This document shows, one piece after another, positions 14,886-24,899 of a DNA stretch of 32,000 bases (the first letter of the stretch is position 1; each line of letters begins with the position of its first letter). A program made the translations under genes and the position numbers. Source of the DNA: Erwinia phage Loshitsa2; sequence record OM513680.2, one strand, 5' to 3'. A model generated the notes under the pieces. That model made no database searches. It saw only the letters and a list, made by a program, of their open reading frames with translations, and was not told the origin of the DNA.

Positions 14886-17240
14886 ATGGCATCCAGCTTA
14901 GAAGGCACCTACAAAAGCCTATTGCAAGGCGTATCACAGCAGGTTCCCCGTCTACGTCTGGATGGTCAGGTATCTGCTCAGGACAACATGCTGGCCGACC
15001 CTGTCACCAGTATTCGTCGTCGTCCCGGCACACAGTTGCTGGCGACATTCAACTTCGGCGCAGTCAACGACAACAACCTCTATACCCAATATCTGGAACG
15101 TGGCACTGATGGGCGTAACCTCGTCATCAACACCAGCACAGGTTCGTGGTGGTTGCTGAATAAGGACGGCAGTGCGGTCGTCAAGTCCGGCACCGATGGA
15201 TACTTTATCGCGTCCGGTGGCACCAGCTCAATCCAATCCACCTCGGTGGGTGGCGAGTCATTCATCCTGAACATTCAGCAGGCTCCCCAAACTGTCCCTA
15301 GTACCAACAAGAAAGACCCGGCCACCACTGGCTGGTACTTCACCAAAGTTGGCGCATTCGACAAAGATTACACGCTCACAGTTCAACGTGGTGGTCAGGC
15401 AACTGTCACCGTGGTTTACCATACACCTGATGCAACAGGCAAGGATGATAACGGCAACGTTACGGACCCGGACCCTGTGGCACACTCCAGCCCAATCTAT
15501 ATTACGCAGATGCTGTCTGAGAAGTTAACGGCGGCGGGTGTATCAAACCAACGTCAGGACATGTACCTGTATATCACAGGCACGGCTGATACAGTCGTGA
15601 CCAGTACCTCTGGAGCGTCTTATGTGGGCTACTCCGGGCGTCATAACGTGCCGCTTATCTCTGACCTACCCGCAGTCATTCCGTCCAATGGTGACGGTAT
15701 CCTGACCTCTGTAGGCACAGATGCAAACGCCTTGACGTGGTATCGCTGGTCCGCTGCCTCAAGCTCGTGGCTCGAAGACTCTGCATACGGCTCTCCCGCT
15801 GGGATTAGCAACATGCCCCGCGTGCTGGATGGTGACGACAACATGACTGCCCCGCAGTTTGAAGGTCGCCTGTCTGGTGACGACATCACGAATGAAACGC
15901 CAACGTTTCTGGACCAAGGCATCATCACTGGTATGACTACATACCAAGGGCGTCTTGTGCTGTTGTCTGGTGCATTCTTGACTATGTCCAAGTCTGGCAA
16001 CCCGTATCGCTTCTACCGCTCCACCGTAACCGACCTACTGAACACCGACCGCATTGATATTGGTATTGGTTCCAGCCAGAACTCAGTTCTGCGCCGGGGT
16101 ATCCAGTTTAACCGTGACCTTGTGCTGTTTGGTGATTCTGTTCAGGCCGTGGTATCTGGTGGCGGGAACATCCTTACGCCGACTACAGCCGCTATCTCGT
16201 TGACCAGTGAGGAATCCTGTGTCTCCAAGATTATGCCTATGCAGGCTGGCCAGACCGTGCTGTATCCGTTTAAACGCTCAAGCCGCTACTCAGGTATGCT
16301 GGAGCTGATTCCATCACAGTACACGGCGTCTCAGTACATCTCCCAAGATGCAACTGGACACATCCCGGAGTATCTGGCTGGTGACATCCGCATTACCGCT
16401 GCGTCTAACGTGGTGAATATGTGTGTGTTCGCTGGTTCGACTCGTCCGGCAGAACTGTACGTGCATGAGTATCAGTGGAGTAACGAGGGCAAACAGCAGG
16501 CCGCATGGCACCGCTGGGTAATGCCTATCTCCGTATCCGGTATCCACTTTGCGCGTGAGAAGCTGGTCGTCTTCATGTCTACCGCAGGACAGACCTATGT
16601 CGTCGCTATAGACCCCCGTGAAGGCTATGACAACCAAACCACTACCGAACTACCTTACCTCGACATCTACAGCTCTGTGACCGTTACAGGTGGCAAGTTC
16701 TCCGTTCCTGCACAGCTTCGACCAGTCATTACGGCTGGACGTAAGATGGGCCTAGCATTCGCTACCGGGACGGCGGCAACCGAGGAAGCAGGTATCAGCA
16801 GCATCAACACTTCCACATGGGAGGCGATGGTGGAGCTGGGCGTACCTGATGGGACGTATTGGGCTGGTATGACGTTCGACTCTACCTTCACACCTTCGCC
16901 GCCTATCCTTCGGGACGAGAACGGCAAGGAAGTGGGAGCAGGTCACGTCCGCTTAGTCCGCATGGAAGTCGCCGTTCGCAACACTGGTAAGTTCACGACT
17001 CGCGTTGTGGATACCCGTACCGACGTTGACGTAACAGCGGATTACACAGGTGTATTCCTGAACAGCCCTGAACTTGTTCCGGGTTATCCACTAATCATCT
17101 CGCAGGCAAACATCATCATCCCGTGCCGGACATTGGCAGATACGACTGACGTATCCTACATGACCTCTGGCACCCACGATATGAACCTGTTGGATATTAG
17201 TTATCTGTTACGCTACAACCAACGACGCAAGAGGGTTTAA
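14886..17240 (+). CDS. Tail tubular protein B (T7 gp12-like, 784 aa)
   Basis: EGTYKSLLQGVSQQVPRLRLDGQVSAQDNMLADPVTSIRRRPGTQLL: classic gp12/nozzle N-terminus. Confidence 0.93.
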   Translation: MASSLEGTYKSLLQGVSQQVPRLRLDGQVSAQDNMLADPVTSIRRRPGTQLLATFNFGAVNDNNLYTQYLERGTDGRNLVINTSTGSWWLLNKDGSAVVKSGTDGYFIASGGTSSIQSTSVGGESFILNIQQAPQTVPSTNKKDPATTGWYFTKVGAFDKDYTLTVQRGGQATVTVVYHTPDATGKDDNGNVTDPDPVAHSSPIYITQMLSEKLTAAGVSNQRQDMYLYITGTADTVVTSTSGASYVGYSGRHNVPLISDLPAVIPSNGDGILTSVGTDANALTWYRWSAASSSWLEDSAYGSPAGISNMPRVLDGDDNMTAPQFEGRLSGDDITNETPTFLDQGIITGMTTYQGRLVLLSGAFLTMSKSGNPYRFYRSTVTDLLNTDRIDIGIGSSQNSVLRRGIQFNRDLVLFGDSVQAVVSGGGNILTPTTAAISLTSEESCVSKIMPMQAGQTVLYPFKRSSRYSGMLELIPSQYTASQYISQDATGHIPEYLAGDIRITAASNVVNMCVFAGSTRPAELYVHEYQWSNEGKQQAAWHRWVMPISVSGIHFAREKLVVFMSTAGQTYVVAIDPREGYDNQTTTELPYLDIYSSVTVTGGKFSVPAQLRPVITAGRKMGLAFATGTAATEEAGISSINTSTWEAMVELGVPDGTYWAGMTFDSTFTPSPPILRDENGKEVGAGHVRLVRMEVAVRNTGKFTTRVVDTRTDVDVTADYTGVFLNSPELVPGYPLIISQANIIIPCRTLADTTDVSYMTSGTHDMNLLDISYLLRYNQRRKRV

Positions 17241-17242
17241 CT

Positions 17243-17920
17243 ATGGCATTTGGTGTAATGGCGGCAATGGTTGCACTGAAAATGGCACAGGGGGCGTCTG
17301 CTGCAAAGCAGGCGTCCATGCAATCCGTCGCACAGAATAAGATGGTTTCTGCCTACAACGCTAAGGTTATGCAGTCCAGTATGGACCAAGTGACCGAGCT
17401 GAATATGCAGCGTGCGCAGCAGCGCCAGCAGACGACAGCCGCAATGTATAACGCGGGTCTGCAAGGCCAGTCAGCGCGTGACCAGATTTCGCTTCAGGCC
17501 GCAGCTTCCGATACCATCGGGGCCAGCGTGAATGACGCGATTAAGACAGTGAACCAGAAGCAGAGCCAAGCCGTAGGTTCCGCACAAGACTCATTCGTCC
17601 GGGCAATTGACCAATCCAACTTGATGCTCAAGAAGGTGTTGGGTGATGCCAGCGCGAGTATGAAAGACGCAGTGGATGACAAGGGTACGCAGATTCTGAA
17701 TCAAGCAGGTATGGAAGCCGCAGGCTCCGTGCTGGGCTACTTCGGAGGCCAGATGGCTGGTGGTACTGTCTCACCCGGTACAGCCGCGCCGACCAGTACA
17801 GCAGCGACAACCAGTACAGGGGCCACTGACCTGTGGGGTCGTAATGCTGACGCAGGTGCAGGCAATAACCCGTTCGGTCTGTCATTCAAATTCCAATCCA
17901 GCAACCTGCTGGGCAATTAA
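17243..17920 (+). CDS. Internal virion protein (T7 gp14-like, 225 aa)
   Basis: Small Ala/Gln-rich helical protein directly after tail tubular B and before the large internal proteins. Confidence 0.75.
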   Translation: MAFGVMAAMVALKMAQGASAAKQASMQSVAQNKMVSAYNAKVMQSSMDQVTELNMQRAQQRQQTTAAMYNAGLQGQSARDQISLQAAASDTIGASVNDAIKTVNQKQSQAVGSAQDSFVRAIDQSNLMLKKVLGDASASMKDAVDDKGTQILNQAGMEAAGSVLGYFGGQMAGGTVSPGTAAPTSTAATTSTGATDLWGRNADAGAGNNPFGLSFKFQSSNLLGN

Positions 17921-17935
17921 CATAGGAGGGCAGCG

Positions 17936-20698
17936 ATGCCAGTATTACGCCAAGATGTCAACACCGGGAGCGGAGAGCTTCAGATTGGTGGGACGAACTA
18001 CATGGTTGGCACCGCTTCGCCTCAGATGAAAGAGGTGCAGCCGCAAACTGACACCCGTGGGCAAGCCATCCAAGGCTTCCTCAGTAACTTCCTTGACACC
18101 TTCACCCCGCAGCTCCAGAAAGGGCAGCAGCGTGCCGCCGTGCAAGGCCAGATTGATGCAACGCAAGACCCCAAGGCATTGGAGAACTCTGACTCTGCCG
18201 TGGACAAACAGAACATTTTCATGCGTGATGCGTACCAGCAGGGCTACCTCGGTGCCGCAGTACAGCAGAGCGTAACCGATTTCCAATCCGGCGTGACTAC
18301 TCGCGCACAGCAGGCTGGTCTGCAAGGTCTATCCGATGAAGAGTTTCTTCAGCAGGAGCGCCAGCAGAATGCCCAGCTAATGAATTCCCTCGGCCAGTAC
18401 CTGCCGCACATGTCTACTCAGACGGTTGCCGCAGTAGCGAACTCACTGGACAGTACCCGCCAATCGGCGCTGGGCCTGTTGCAGAAGACTCGCTTAGGCC
18501 AAGCCAAGATTAACAACACCCGTACCATTGACCAAGGCGCACGCGCTGCACTGGACGGATTACAGACCTCAATGCAGGCTGGCAATAACTTTGACCAGAG
18601 CTACCACTACATTGAGAATCAGGCAAACATGATTGCCGTTAACCCAATCCTCTCTGAAAAGGAGAAGCGGGATAATGTCACTAACATGTTCCTGTCTGCT
18701 GCACAGAACATGAATGACCCTAACGATATTGAGGCTCTGGCCAATAAGTATCAGGGCTTGCTCGGGGCAGAATCTGTGGACGGCGTTAAGCAGCTCCGCA
18801 CCTTCTATACTCAGGCTGGTGAGCGTCAGGCTGGCGCAACGTGGATGGACTTGCAGAACCGCTTCGATGCGATTGGCAATCTCCCGGCGTACCAGCAGGC
18901 TGACGCCCGTAAGAACTTTGAACAGCAGATGATTCAGGCACAGACCGAAGGCCGTCTAAGCACAGGTCAGATGGAGACGTGGTACAACAAGCTGCATAAA
19001 GAGCAGACACCAAAGTTACAGATGACTGGTATGGTCAAGGCTGTGGCAACAGGTGGCGGCAGCTTGAACGTTGAATCACTGCACGGCGCTGCACCGGGTG
19101 TAACCCGTAGCGAAATTAACAGCGCTATTCTGGAAGCGTTCCCGGATACGATGGAAGGTAACGCCTCAATGCTGGCTGCTGGTTCCGCAGGTAAAGACCC
19201 GTGGGTAATCAAGCAGGCGCTGGGCCGTGTCGGTAATCAGATGGCTGGTCAGCTCTCAACTCTGTCCTCGCTCATGAAGCCTGTGACCGGAGATGATGGC
19301 AACACTACCTACCAGATTCCGCAAGAGGTTCAGGCTAACGTCGTTGGATTCACAGCGATGTACACCAGCGCTGATGCAGTCACACAGCAGACCTTGCTCA
19401 ACACCCTGCCGGAAGATTGGCGTGGTGTGGTGCAGCAGGCAATCGCACAAGACCCGAGCAACGTGAACAACAACGTGCTGGATACCTTGAAGCGTGTCGC
19501 TGTAGAGAATGCGTCTGGTATGTATAAGGATGTCTCGAATGTCCCGAATGAGAAGATGATGAACACTGATTCGGCCTTGCGCTGGTATCAGAGCATCAAC
19601 CCACTCACCACGGACAGCGAAGAGTCTCAGCGCCAGCAGATGGCACAGACGCTCCGAGCAGAGTACACCCGCATCGCCAGCACTGACCGTGGCCTTCTGT
19701 CCGGTAAATCCCCGGAGAGCATTAACAAGATGCTGACTGGTCTGATTCAGGCCCGCACTGCCAAGGTTGACGTAGGTCCATTCGCCGCGAACATCACACT
19801 GCCGACAGGTCAATCTGTCAGCTCGTATGCTGCCGCCGCTGGTGCCGATGAGTCCACGTACACCAAAGCATTGCAGAGCACCATCAAGAGTGTGTACGAC
19901 AGCCAGAACATCAACCCGGACCTGCTGGATTCTGTCCAGTTTACCCCGGCGTCAGGTGGTTCCTTATCCAAGGATATCACGATGACTGTCTACACCAAGA
20001 ACAATGCAGGTATCATTGAGCCGCACCGCGCCGTCATCCCGATGAGCGTAGTTGGCCAGACTGCTCGTTCAGCATATCAGCGCCAGAAAGATGAAGCGCG
20101 TGCAGATGGTGAGATGAAGGCTGGAGCCTCAATCAGTACGTTCCAAGATGGAGCGCGTGGTGGTATTGTCACAGCTTCGGTATCCGGCACTAACCGGACC
20201 AACTTACAGCCTACCGTATTCAATGACCTGCAATCTCGGGTTATGATGTACGAAGGATTCAAGGATAAGAAGTCTGGTGGCTCTGTCGGTTACGGCTGGC
20301 ATGACCAATCTGGCGATAACGTACCTGACAGCATGACTCAGCCACAGGCTCAGGCCAAGCTGAAGGACTTGCTGGAGACTCGTTACGTGCCGATGGCACA
20401 GAGCTACATGAAAGCTGCTGGCGTCTCTGGTGATGCTGCTACTGTCCTTCTGGCAGACCTGACCTATCAGCGACCTGCTGATGCTAAGGCACTGGCAGAG
20501 AGCATGGGCAAATACCAGAAAGGCGACATCAGTAAACATGAACTCGATGGTGTATTGAGCAAGCTCCCATCTTACACAGATGCAGGTGGCACGTTCAAAT
20601 CCCGTCGCAATGCCGACCGCCGCGACTCTCTGGAGCGCTGGGCAAACTTTGAGGGCAACCCGCAACGTATCCGTATGGAGCAGGGCAAACCTTTCTAA
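17936..20698 (+). CDS. Internal virion protein with C-terminal lysozyme-like domain (920 aa)
   Basis: Long Gln/Ala-rich helical region. C-terminal MMYEGFKDKKSGGSVGYGWHD...RRNADRRDSLERW resembles a GH24/muramidase fold. Confidence 0.75.
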   Translation: MPVLRQDVNTGSGELQIGGTNYMVGTASPQMKEVQPQTDTRGQAIQGFLSNFLDTFTPQLQKGQQRAAVQGQIDATQDPKALENSDSAVDKQNIFMRDAYQQGYLGAAVQQSVTDFQSGVTTRAQQAGLQGLSDEEFLQQERQQNAQLMNSLGQYLPHMSTQTVAAVANSLDSTRQSALGLLQKTRLGQAKINNTRTIDQGARAALDGLQTSMQAGNNFDQSYHYIENQANMIAVNPILSEKEKRDNVTNMFLSAAQNMNDPNDIEALANKYQGLLGAESVDGVKQLRTFYTQAGERQAGATWMDLQNRFDAIGNLPAYQQADARKNFEQQMIQAQTEGRLSTGQMETWYNKLHKEQTPKLQMTGMVKAVATGGGSLNVESLHGAAPGVTRSEINSAILEAFPDTMEGNASMLAAGSAGKDPWVIKQALGRVGNQMAGQLSTLSSLMKPVTGDDGNTTYQIPQEVQANVVGFTAMYTSADAVTQQTLLNTLPEDWRGVVQQAIAQDPSNVNNNVLDTLKRVAVENASGMYKDVSNVPNEKMMNTDSALRWYQSINPLTTDSEESQRQQMAQTLRAEYTRIASTDRGLLSGKSPESINKMLTGLIQARTAKVDVGPFAANITLPTGQSVSSYAAAAGADESTYTKALQSTIKSVYDSQNINPDLLDSVQFTPASGGSLSKDITMTVYTKNNAGIIEPHRAVIPMSVVGQTARSAYQRQKDEARADGEMKAGASISTFQDGARGGIVTASVSGTNRTNLQPTVFNDLQSRVMMYEGFKDKKSGGSVGYGWHDQSGDNVPDSMTQPQAQAKLKDLLETRYVPMAQSYMKAAGVSGDAATVLLADLTYQRPADAKALAESMGKYQKGDISKHELDGVLSKLPSYTDAGGTFKSRRNADRRDSLERWANFEGNPQRIRMEQGKPF

Positions 20699-20705
20699 AT
20701 CAAGT

Positions 20706-20721
20706 GGGCGATACGTCGCCC
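20706..20721 (+). terminator. Hairpin GGGCGA-TACG-TCGCCC in the gap before the large internal virion protein gene
   Basis: Perfect 6-bp GC-rich stem, extendable by AAG/CTT around a bulge. The downstream T-content is weak. Confidence 0.45.
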
Positions 20722-20750
20722 CTTATCATTAATCTTTGTGGAGACATAAC

Positions 20751-23700
20751 ATGGTAGATTTTCGCCGCGCACCGGGTACACCCGCTGACACAGAGGCTAA
20801 TGCTAAGGCTGCTCCGGCTCAGGCCGAAGTACCCATGATGGATTACAACGACGCTACCGATATGGGCCTTCAGGCTCCGCAGCGTCAACAGATGCAGGCC
20901 GACGCTTCCCGCGTTGCTGCTACTCGCTGGCAGTCTGCCAAGGGTGGCTTCAGCTCCAGCGTTATGGGTGCTGCATGGAACAAATTACACGCTCCCGATT
21001 TCGAACCAGACCACTTCTTTGATGCTGGTCAGACTGTCTATGACGACCCACGTATCAACCAGACCCGCCCGGATAATGACGAGCTGGACTACCTGAAGCG
21101 TGCTGTCTCTCTGGACGACTACAGCTACCGCTACCAGAACATGCTGGACTACCGTCAGGACCAAGTTGATGCTGCCGACCATCCGTGGGTTGGTGGTGCT
21201 GCTATGATTGCCCCGGACCTGTTGACTATGGTCATCCCCGGTGTATCTGAAGCTGCGCTCGGTCGTACCGCTGGCACCGCTATCCGTGTCATGGCTAACG
21301 CCTATGATGCAGGTGCTGCTCTATACTCTGCCGACCAGCTCGGTCAGGATGGCGTAGCGAACAGCATGATGGCAATGGTTGGAGTCGGTGACTTAGCTCA
21401 CCTCGCAACTCGTGGCATGGCTCGTACCTCTGTACGAGCTGACCGCGCCGTTGACGACATTGCTGCTGAAGCCGAACAGGCCGCAGCTAAGGATGGAAAC
21501 CGTGGAAGTGCTCACACCGATGCTGACCCTGATTCAATGGCTCATGCCGCTGATACAGGCGTACATCCAAAAGTGGAAACTGACGACGTACCGCTGGACG
21601 GCAATCCACACGATTTAGTGACGGACCCGGACAACCCTACTCTGCCTAAGAGCACCCGCGATATCGACGATGATTTGGCTACTGCCGACTCTATCCCGGC
21701 TCGTGACGTGCAGGCAACTGATTACTCAATGCTGGCTGATATGCCAGTGAACACCAACAAAGCCGCACACGGCAAGAAGGTGATGGACAGCACTGAAGGT
21801 GCAAGCATCGTGGACAATGTCCCAATGCGTCCGGCTATGGCTCGTGCTATGGACCGTCTGGATGAACTGGCTGGCGCTGGTAAACTCCCTGCTGATTTCC
21901 CGCAGCAGTATCGCACAATCATGCGTGCTATTGCAGACAACGCAGAAGACGTGCCAATCCGCTTCGACCGTAAGTCTAACTTCCGTGGTCGCTACCGTCC
22001 AAATGACCTGACCTTCACTGACCATAATGTGAAGCTGCCGTTCCCGAAAGCTGCCGTTGGCACAGGCAAGAGCAACGTCTCTGACCTGATTGGCCACATG
22101 GATGCCAAAGAACTGCGCACCTTCCTGCACGAATCTATCCATGCTGCAACCAGCCGGGTAATCGCTCGGGCAGAGCACACGCCAAGCATGGTTACTCCGG
22201 GCGTCAAGCACGCACTGGATGACATGGACAACCTGCGCCGTCACCTGACTGCACAGATGGCTCGTGAAGTGAAAGAAGGTACACTGACTAAAGCAGAACA
22301 GCATTACATCAAATATTACCTGAAGAACAACCACGAGCTGATTGCTGGCTTAGGTGACAATCAGGGTAACTTCACTGCATTCCTGCAACGTCAACCGTCT
22401 GTCCGTGGCAAAGAGTCTGCTCTGCGTTCGCTGGGTAAACAGATTATGCGTGTGCTGGGCATGGGTACTGAGCGCACCGCTCTGACCGATGTCGCGGATG
22501 CACTGGAGGACATGCTGGCACATGGCCCGGTCGGTAACGGTAAGCTGGGCAAACAAGCCCTGTCCCGTGCCGCTCCGAGCTTCAGCTCTGATGCGATGTC
22601 TGAACTGACCGCTGTTGGCCTGAAGGCTGCACAAGCTGCACCTGACTCTGCCCGCGCTACCGCTGACGCCGCCAAGGCTATGCTGGACACCACCAAGAAC
22701 AAGATGGCCCAACACTTCGCCCTGTATGATGACTTAGTCCGTGCAGGTGAAGAGGGTGCTGATGCACGCCGTGCGTTCGCTGACATGCTTGTTACTGATG
22801 GCTCGAAGGTTGGTGAGCGTACTGAGTCTGTGTCTGACTACAAGCGTCTGATGAAGTCTGAGATGGACATGCTGACTGGTGAGGTGGAGAAATCCATCAC
22901 TGACAACCTGAAGGCTAACGGTGTAGGTTGGTTCGACCAATTCTTCAACCGTGCTAACTTCGTTGCCAAGCGCCGGGAAGTGGAAGAGAAGCTGGCCCAT
23001 TATCTTGATTACGCTCATACCGAGTACAAGAATGGCCGTCCGGTTGATACTCCACCAGAAGAAATCAAGGATATCGTCAAGCGTTACACTGACTCCAATT
23101 GGGCTGAACGTTGGTTCGACCATATGGAGAACAGCGGTATGGTCAAGGCTGATTCCCCGATTGAACGCTCTCCGTACTACCTGCCGCGCCGTTACTCTCG
23201 TGACCGCGTTATGCGTATGCAGCGTGAGCATGGGTTCCAGCAGAAGGACTTCGTGGATGGCTTCAGTGCCGCCATGCGAGACACCTACCCGGCTATGGAC
23301 CGCGACCTGTCTCGTCAGGTAGCTCGTACATGGTATCAGGGTATGACCTCTGCACAGCCTGCACAGGGCGCTCAGTGGCGTCGTGCTGTCAACGGTATGA
23401 GCAACGACGAGTTCGTTGAGATGCTGATTGAGAATGGCGTGACCAAAGAAGATGCAGCCAAGATTCTGGAAGGCTCTGTGTTCGCACAGGAACGTACAGG
23501 CAGTAATGCTGTGAAGCAGTTGCGTAAGCGTAACGAGCTGGACATGCAGAAAGAGTACACCACTTCAAGTGGCCGTACCTTCCGTATGCAAGACCTCGTT
23601 GATACTGACGTGACTAAGCTGATGAACCAGTACAACAACCGCATGTCCGGCAAGGCTGCGTTCACTGCCAAAGGTTATGGCGATGCAAAAGACCTCGTCA

Positions 23701-24875
23701 ACAAGATTGAGGAACTGCGTCCGGGCCTCGGTAATGACGTGGACGGCTGGACCAAGAAAGTCGACGACACTGTCGATACTCTGTTGGGTCATGCTGTTGG
23801 TGGGGATACTCCGCAATGGGCGCTGGCAGGTGGTTATCTGTCGAATGCCTTGATGCTGAAGAACTCCGGCCTGTACCAGATTATGGACATCTCACTTGCT
23901 GCTAAGGAATTCGGCCTGTACCGCACAACCCGTGCGATGATGCAGGGTGGCCTGTGGCGTACAATGCAGACTGAAATCGGCGCTGACAAAGCTCTGGCTA
24001 ATCGTCTGACCACTGTACTCTCTGGCTCCACTAAGAATGACATGCGCTTCAAGTGGCTGCACACCTATGCCGAAGACAACACTGACTTGACTCGTTCATC
24101 TCAGATGGTCAGCTCTCTGCGTAATGCTTCCCAAGCGGCTCACACCGTTAACGGAATGCGCTACGTTCACGCTGCCTCTGTGAACCTGAATGCTGGTCTG
24201 GTGCGTGATGCAATCATGTCTGCACTCCAAGGCAATGCCAAGGATGCCAAACTGTTGCAGAAGTTCGGCCTGCGTGAGTCAGCTCTTAATGAGATGCGTC
24301 AGGCGTATGCCGCTAATCCCGGTGCTGCATTCCGTCAGGACTTGCAGACTCATCTGGAGATTTCCGGTCAGCGCTTCATGGACTACGTGGTCCAGCAGGT
24401 TCGTACTGGTGAGACATCCCACTTCGCTGAGATGAATCCTATCGGTCGAGTCATCATCGGTTATCAGTCGTTCGCTATGGCTGGCACCAACAAAATCCTG
24501 CGCCGTCAGTACAACGATGGTGGCGTAGCAGGTCTGGCCATGCTCATGATGTATCAGCTCCCGCTGGCTATCATGATGCAGAAGCTGAAGGCCACTATGG
24601 ACAACAAAGACCAGTCAGGTAAGGAACTCGTTTCCGCTGCTGCGTGGTCAATGTCTGCCATTGGTGGTGCATCTCTGTTGCAGCCTCTCTTTGAGGGAGC
24701 GCAGGGTGGCTCTGGTGGTTCCGTAATCACTGGTGGTCTGAACCAAATCCTGTCAAGCGTGCAGAACCTGTTCGCTAAAGGCGGCGATATGACCGCAAAG
24801 GATGTATCGAAAATCGTACCGCTGGCGCAGGAGTTCCTGCCTCTGCGTGCAGTCATCAATAACATGGGCGACTAG
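20751..24875 (+). CDS. Large internal virion protein (T7 gp16 position), 1374 aa, with HExxH metallopeptidase-like motif
   Basis: ATG at 20751 preceded by GTGGAGAC; the track start at 20736 is an upstream in-frame TTG. FLHESIHAATSRVI and NNHELIAG occur in the N-terminal third, and hydrophobic stretches in the C-terminal part. Confidence 0.88.
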   Translation: MVDFRRAPGTPADTEANAKAAPAQAEVPMMDYNDATDMGLQAPQRQQMQADASRVAATRWQSAKGGFSSSVMGAAWNKLHAPDFEPDHFFDAGQTVYDDPRINQTRPDNDELDYLKRAVSLDDYSYRYQNMLDYRQDQVDAADHPWVGGAAMIAPDLLTMVIPGVSEAALGRTAGTAIRVMANAYDAGAALYSADQLGQDGVANSMMAMVGVGDLAHLATRGMARTSVRADRAVDDIAAEAEQAAAKDGNRGSAHTDADPDSMAHAADTGVHPKVETDDVPLDGNPHDLVTDPDNPTLPKSTRDIDDDLATADSIPARDVQATDYSMLADMPVNTNKAAHGKKVMDSTEGASIVDNVPMRPAMARAMDRLDELAGAGKLPADFPQQYRTIMRAIADNAEDVPIRFDRKSNFRGRYRPNDLTFTDHNVKLPFPKAAVGTGKSNVSDLIGHMDAKELRTFLHESIHAATSRVIARAEHTPSMVTPGVKHALDDMDNLRRHLTAQMAREVKEGTLTKAEQHYIKYYLKNNHELIAGLGDNQGNFTAFLQRQPSVRGKESALRSLGKQIMRVLGMGTERTALTDVADALEDMLAHGPVGNGKLGKQALSRAAPSFSSDAMSELTAVGLKAAQAAPDSARATADAAKAMLDTTKNKMAQHFALYDDLVRAGEEGADARRAFADMLVTDGSKVGERTESVSDYKRLMKSEMDMLTGEVEKSITDNLKANGVGWFDQFFNRANFVAKRREVEEKLAHYLDYAHTEYKNGRPVDTPPEEIKDIVKRYTDSNWAERWFDHMENSGMVKADSPIERSPYYLPRRYSRDRVMRMQREHGFQQKDFVDGFSAAMRDTYPAMDRDLSRQVARTWYQGMTSAQPAQGAQWRRAVNGMSNDEFVEMLIENGVTKEDAAKILEGSVFAQERTGSNAVKQLRKRNELDMQKEYTTSSGRTFRMQDLVDTDVTKLMNQYNNRMSGKAAFTAKGYGDAKDLVNKIEELRPGLGNDVDGWTKKVDDTVDTLLGHAVGGDTPQWALAGGYLSNALMLKNSGLYQIMDISLAAKEFGLYRTTRAMMQGGLWRTMQTEIGADKALANRLTTVLSGSTKNDMRFKWLHTYAEDNTDLTRSSQMVSSLRNASQAAHTVNGMRYVHAASVNLNAGLVRDAIMSALQGNAKDAKLLQKFGLRESALNEMRQAYAANPGAAFRQDLQTHLEISGQRFMDYVVQQVRTGETSHFAEMNPIGRVIIGYQSFAMAGTNKILRRQYNDGGVAGLAMLMMYQLPLAIMMQKLKATMDNKDQSGKELVSAAAWSMSAIGGASLLQPLFEGAQGGSGGSVITGGLNQILSSVQNLFAKGGDMTAKDVSKIVPLAQEFLPLRAVINNMGD

Positions 24876-24899
24876 TTCGCCCTTCACCAAGGAAAGTAA

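Noticed and set aside
18485-18500. Further CTTAGG matches (for example CGCTTAGGCCAAG near 18490 and GGCTTAGGCCG near 7392) as extra phage promoters
   Set aside because: They are inside coding regions and lack the upstream TTTAGAGTNNCA half, so they are probably chance matches.
22350-23231. Long antisense ORFs opposite the large internal virion protein gene (for example 22391-22786 and 22734-23231 on the - strand)
   Set aside because: They lie entirely opposite a well-supported coding gene and have low-complexity or Cys/Ser-biased translations without recognisable domains. Such shadow ORFs are common in ~53% GC coding DNA.
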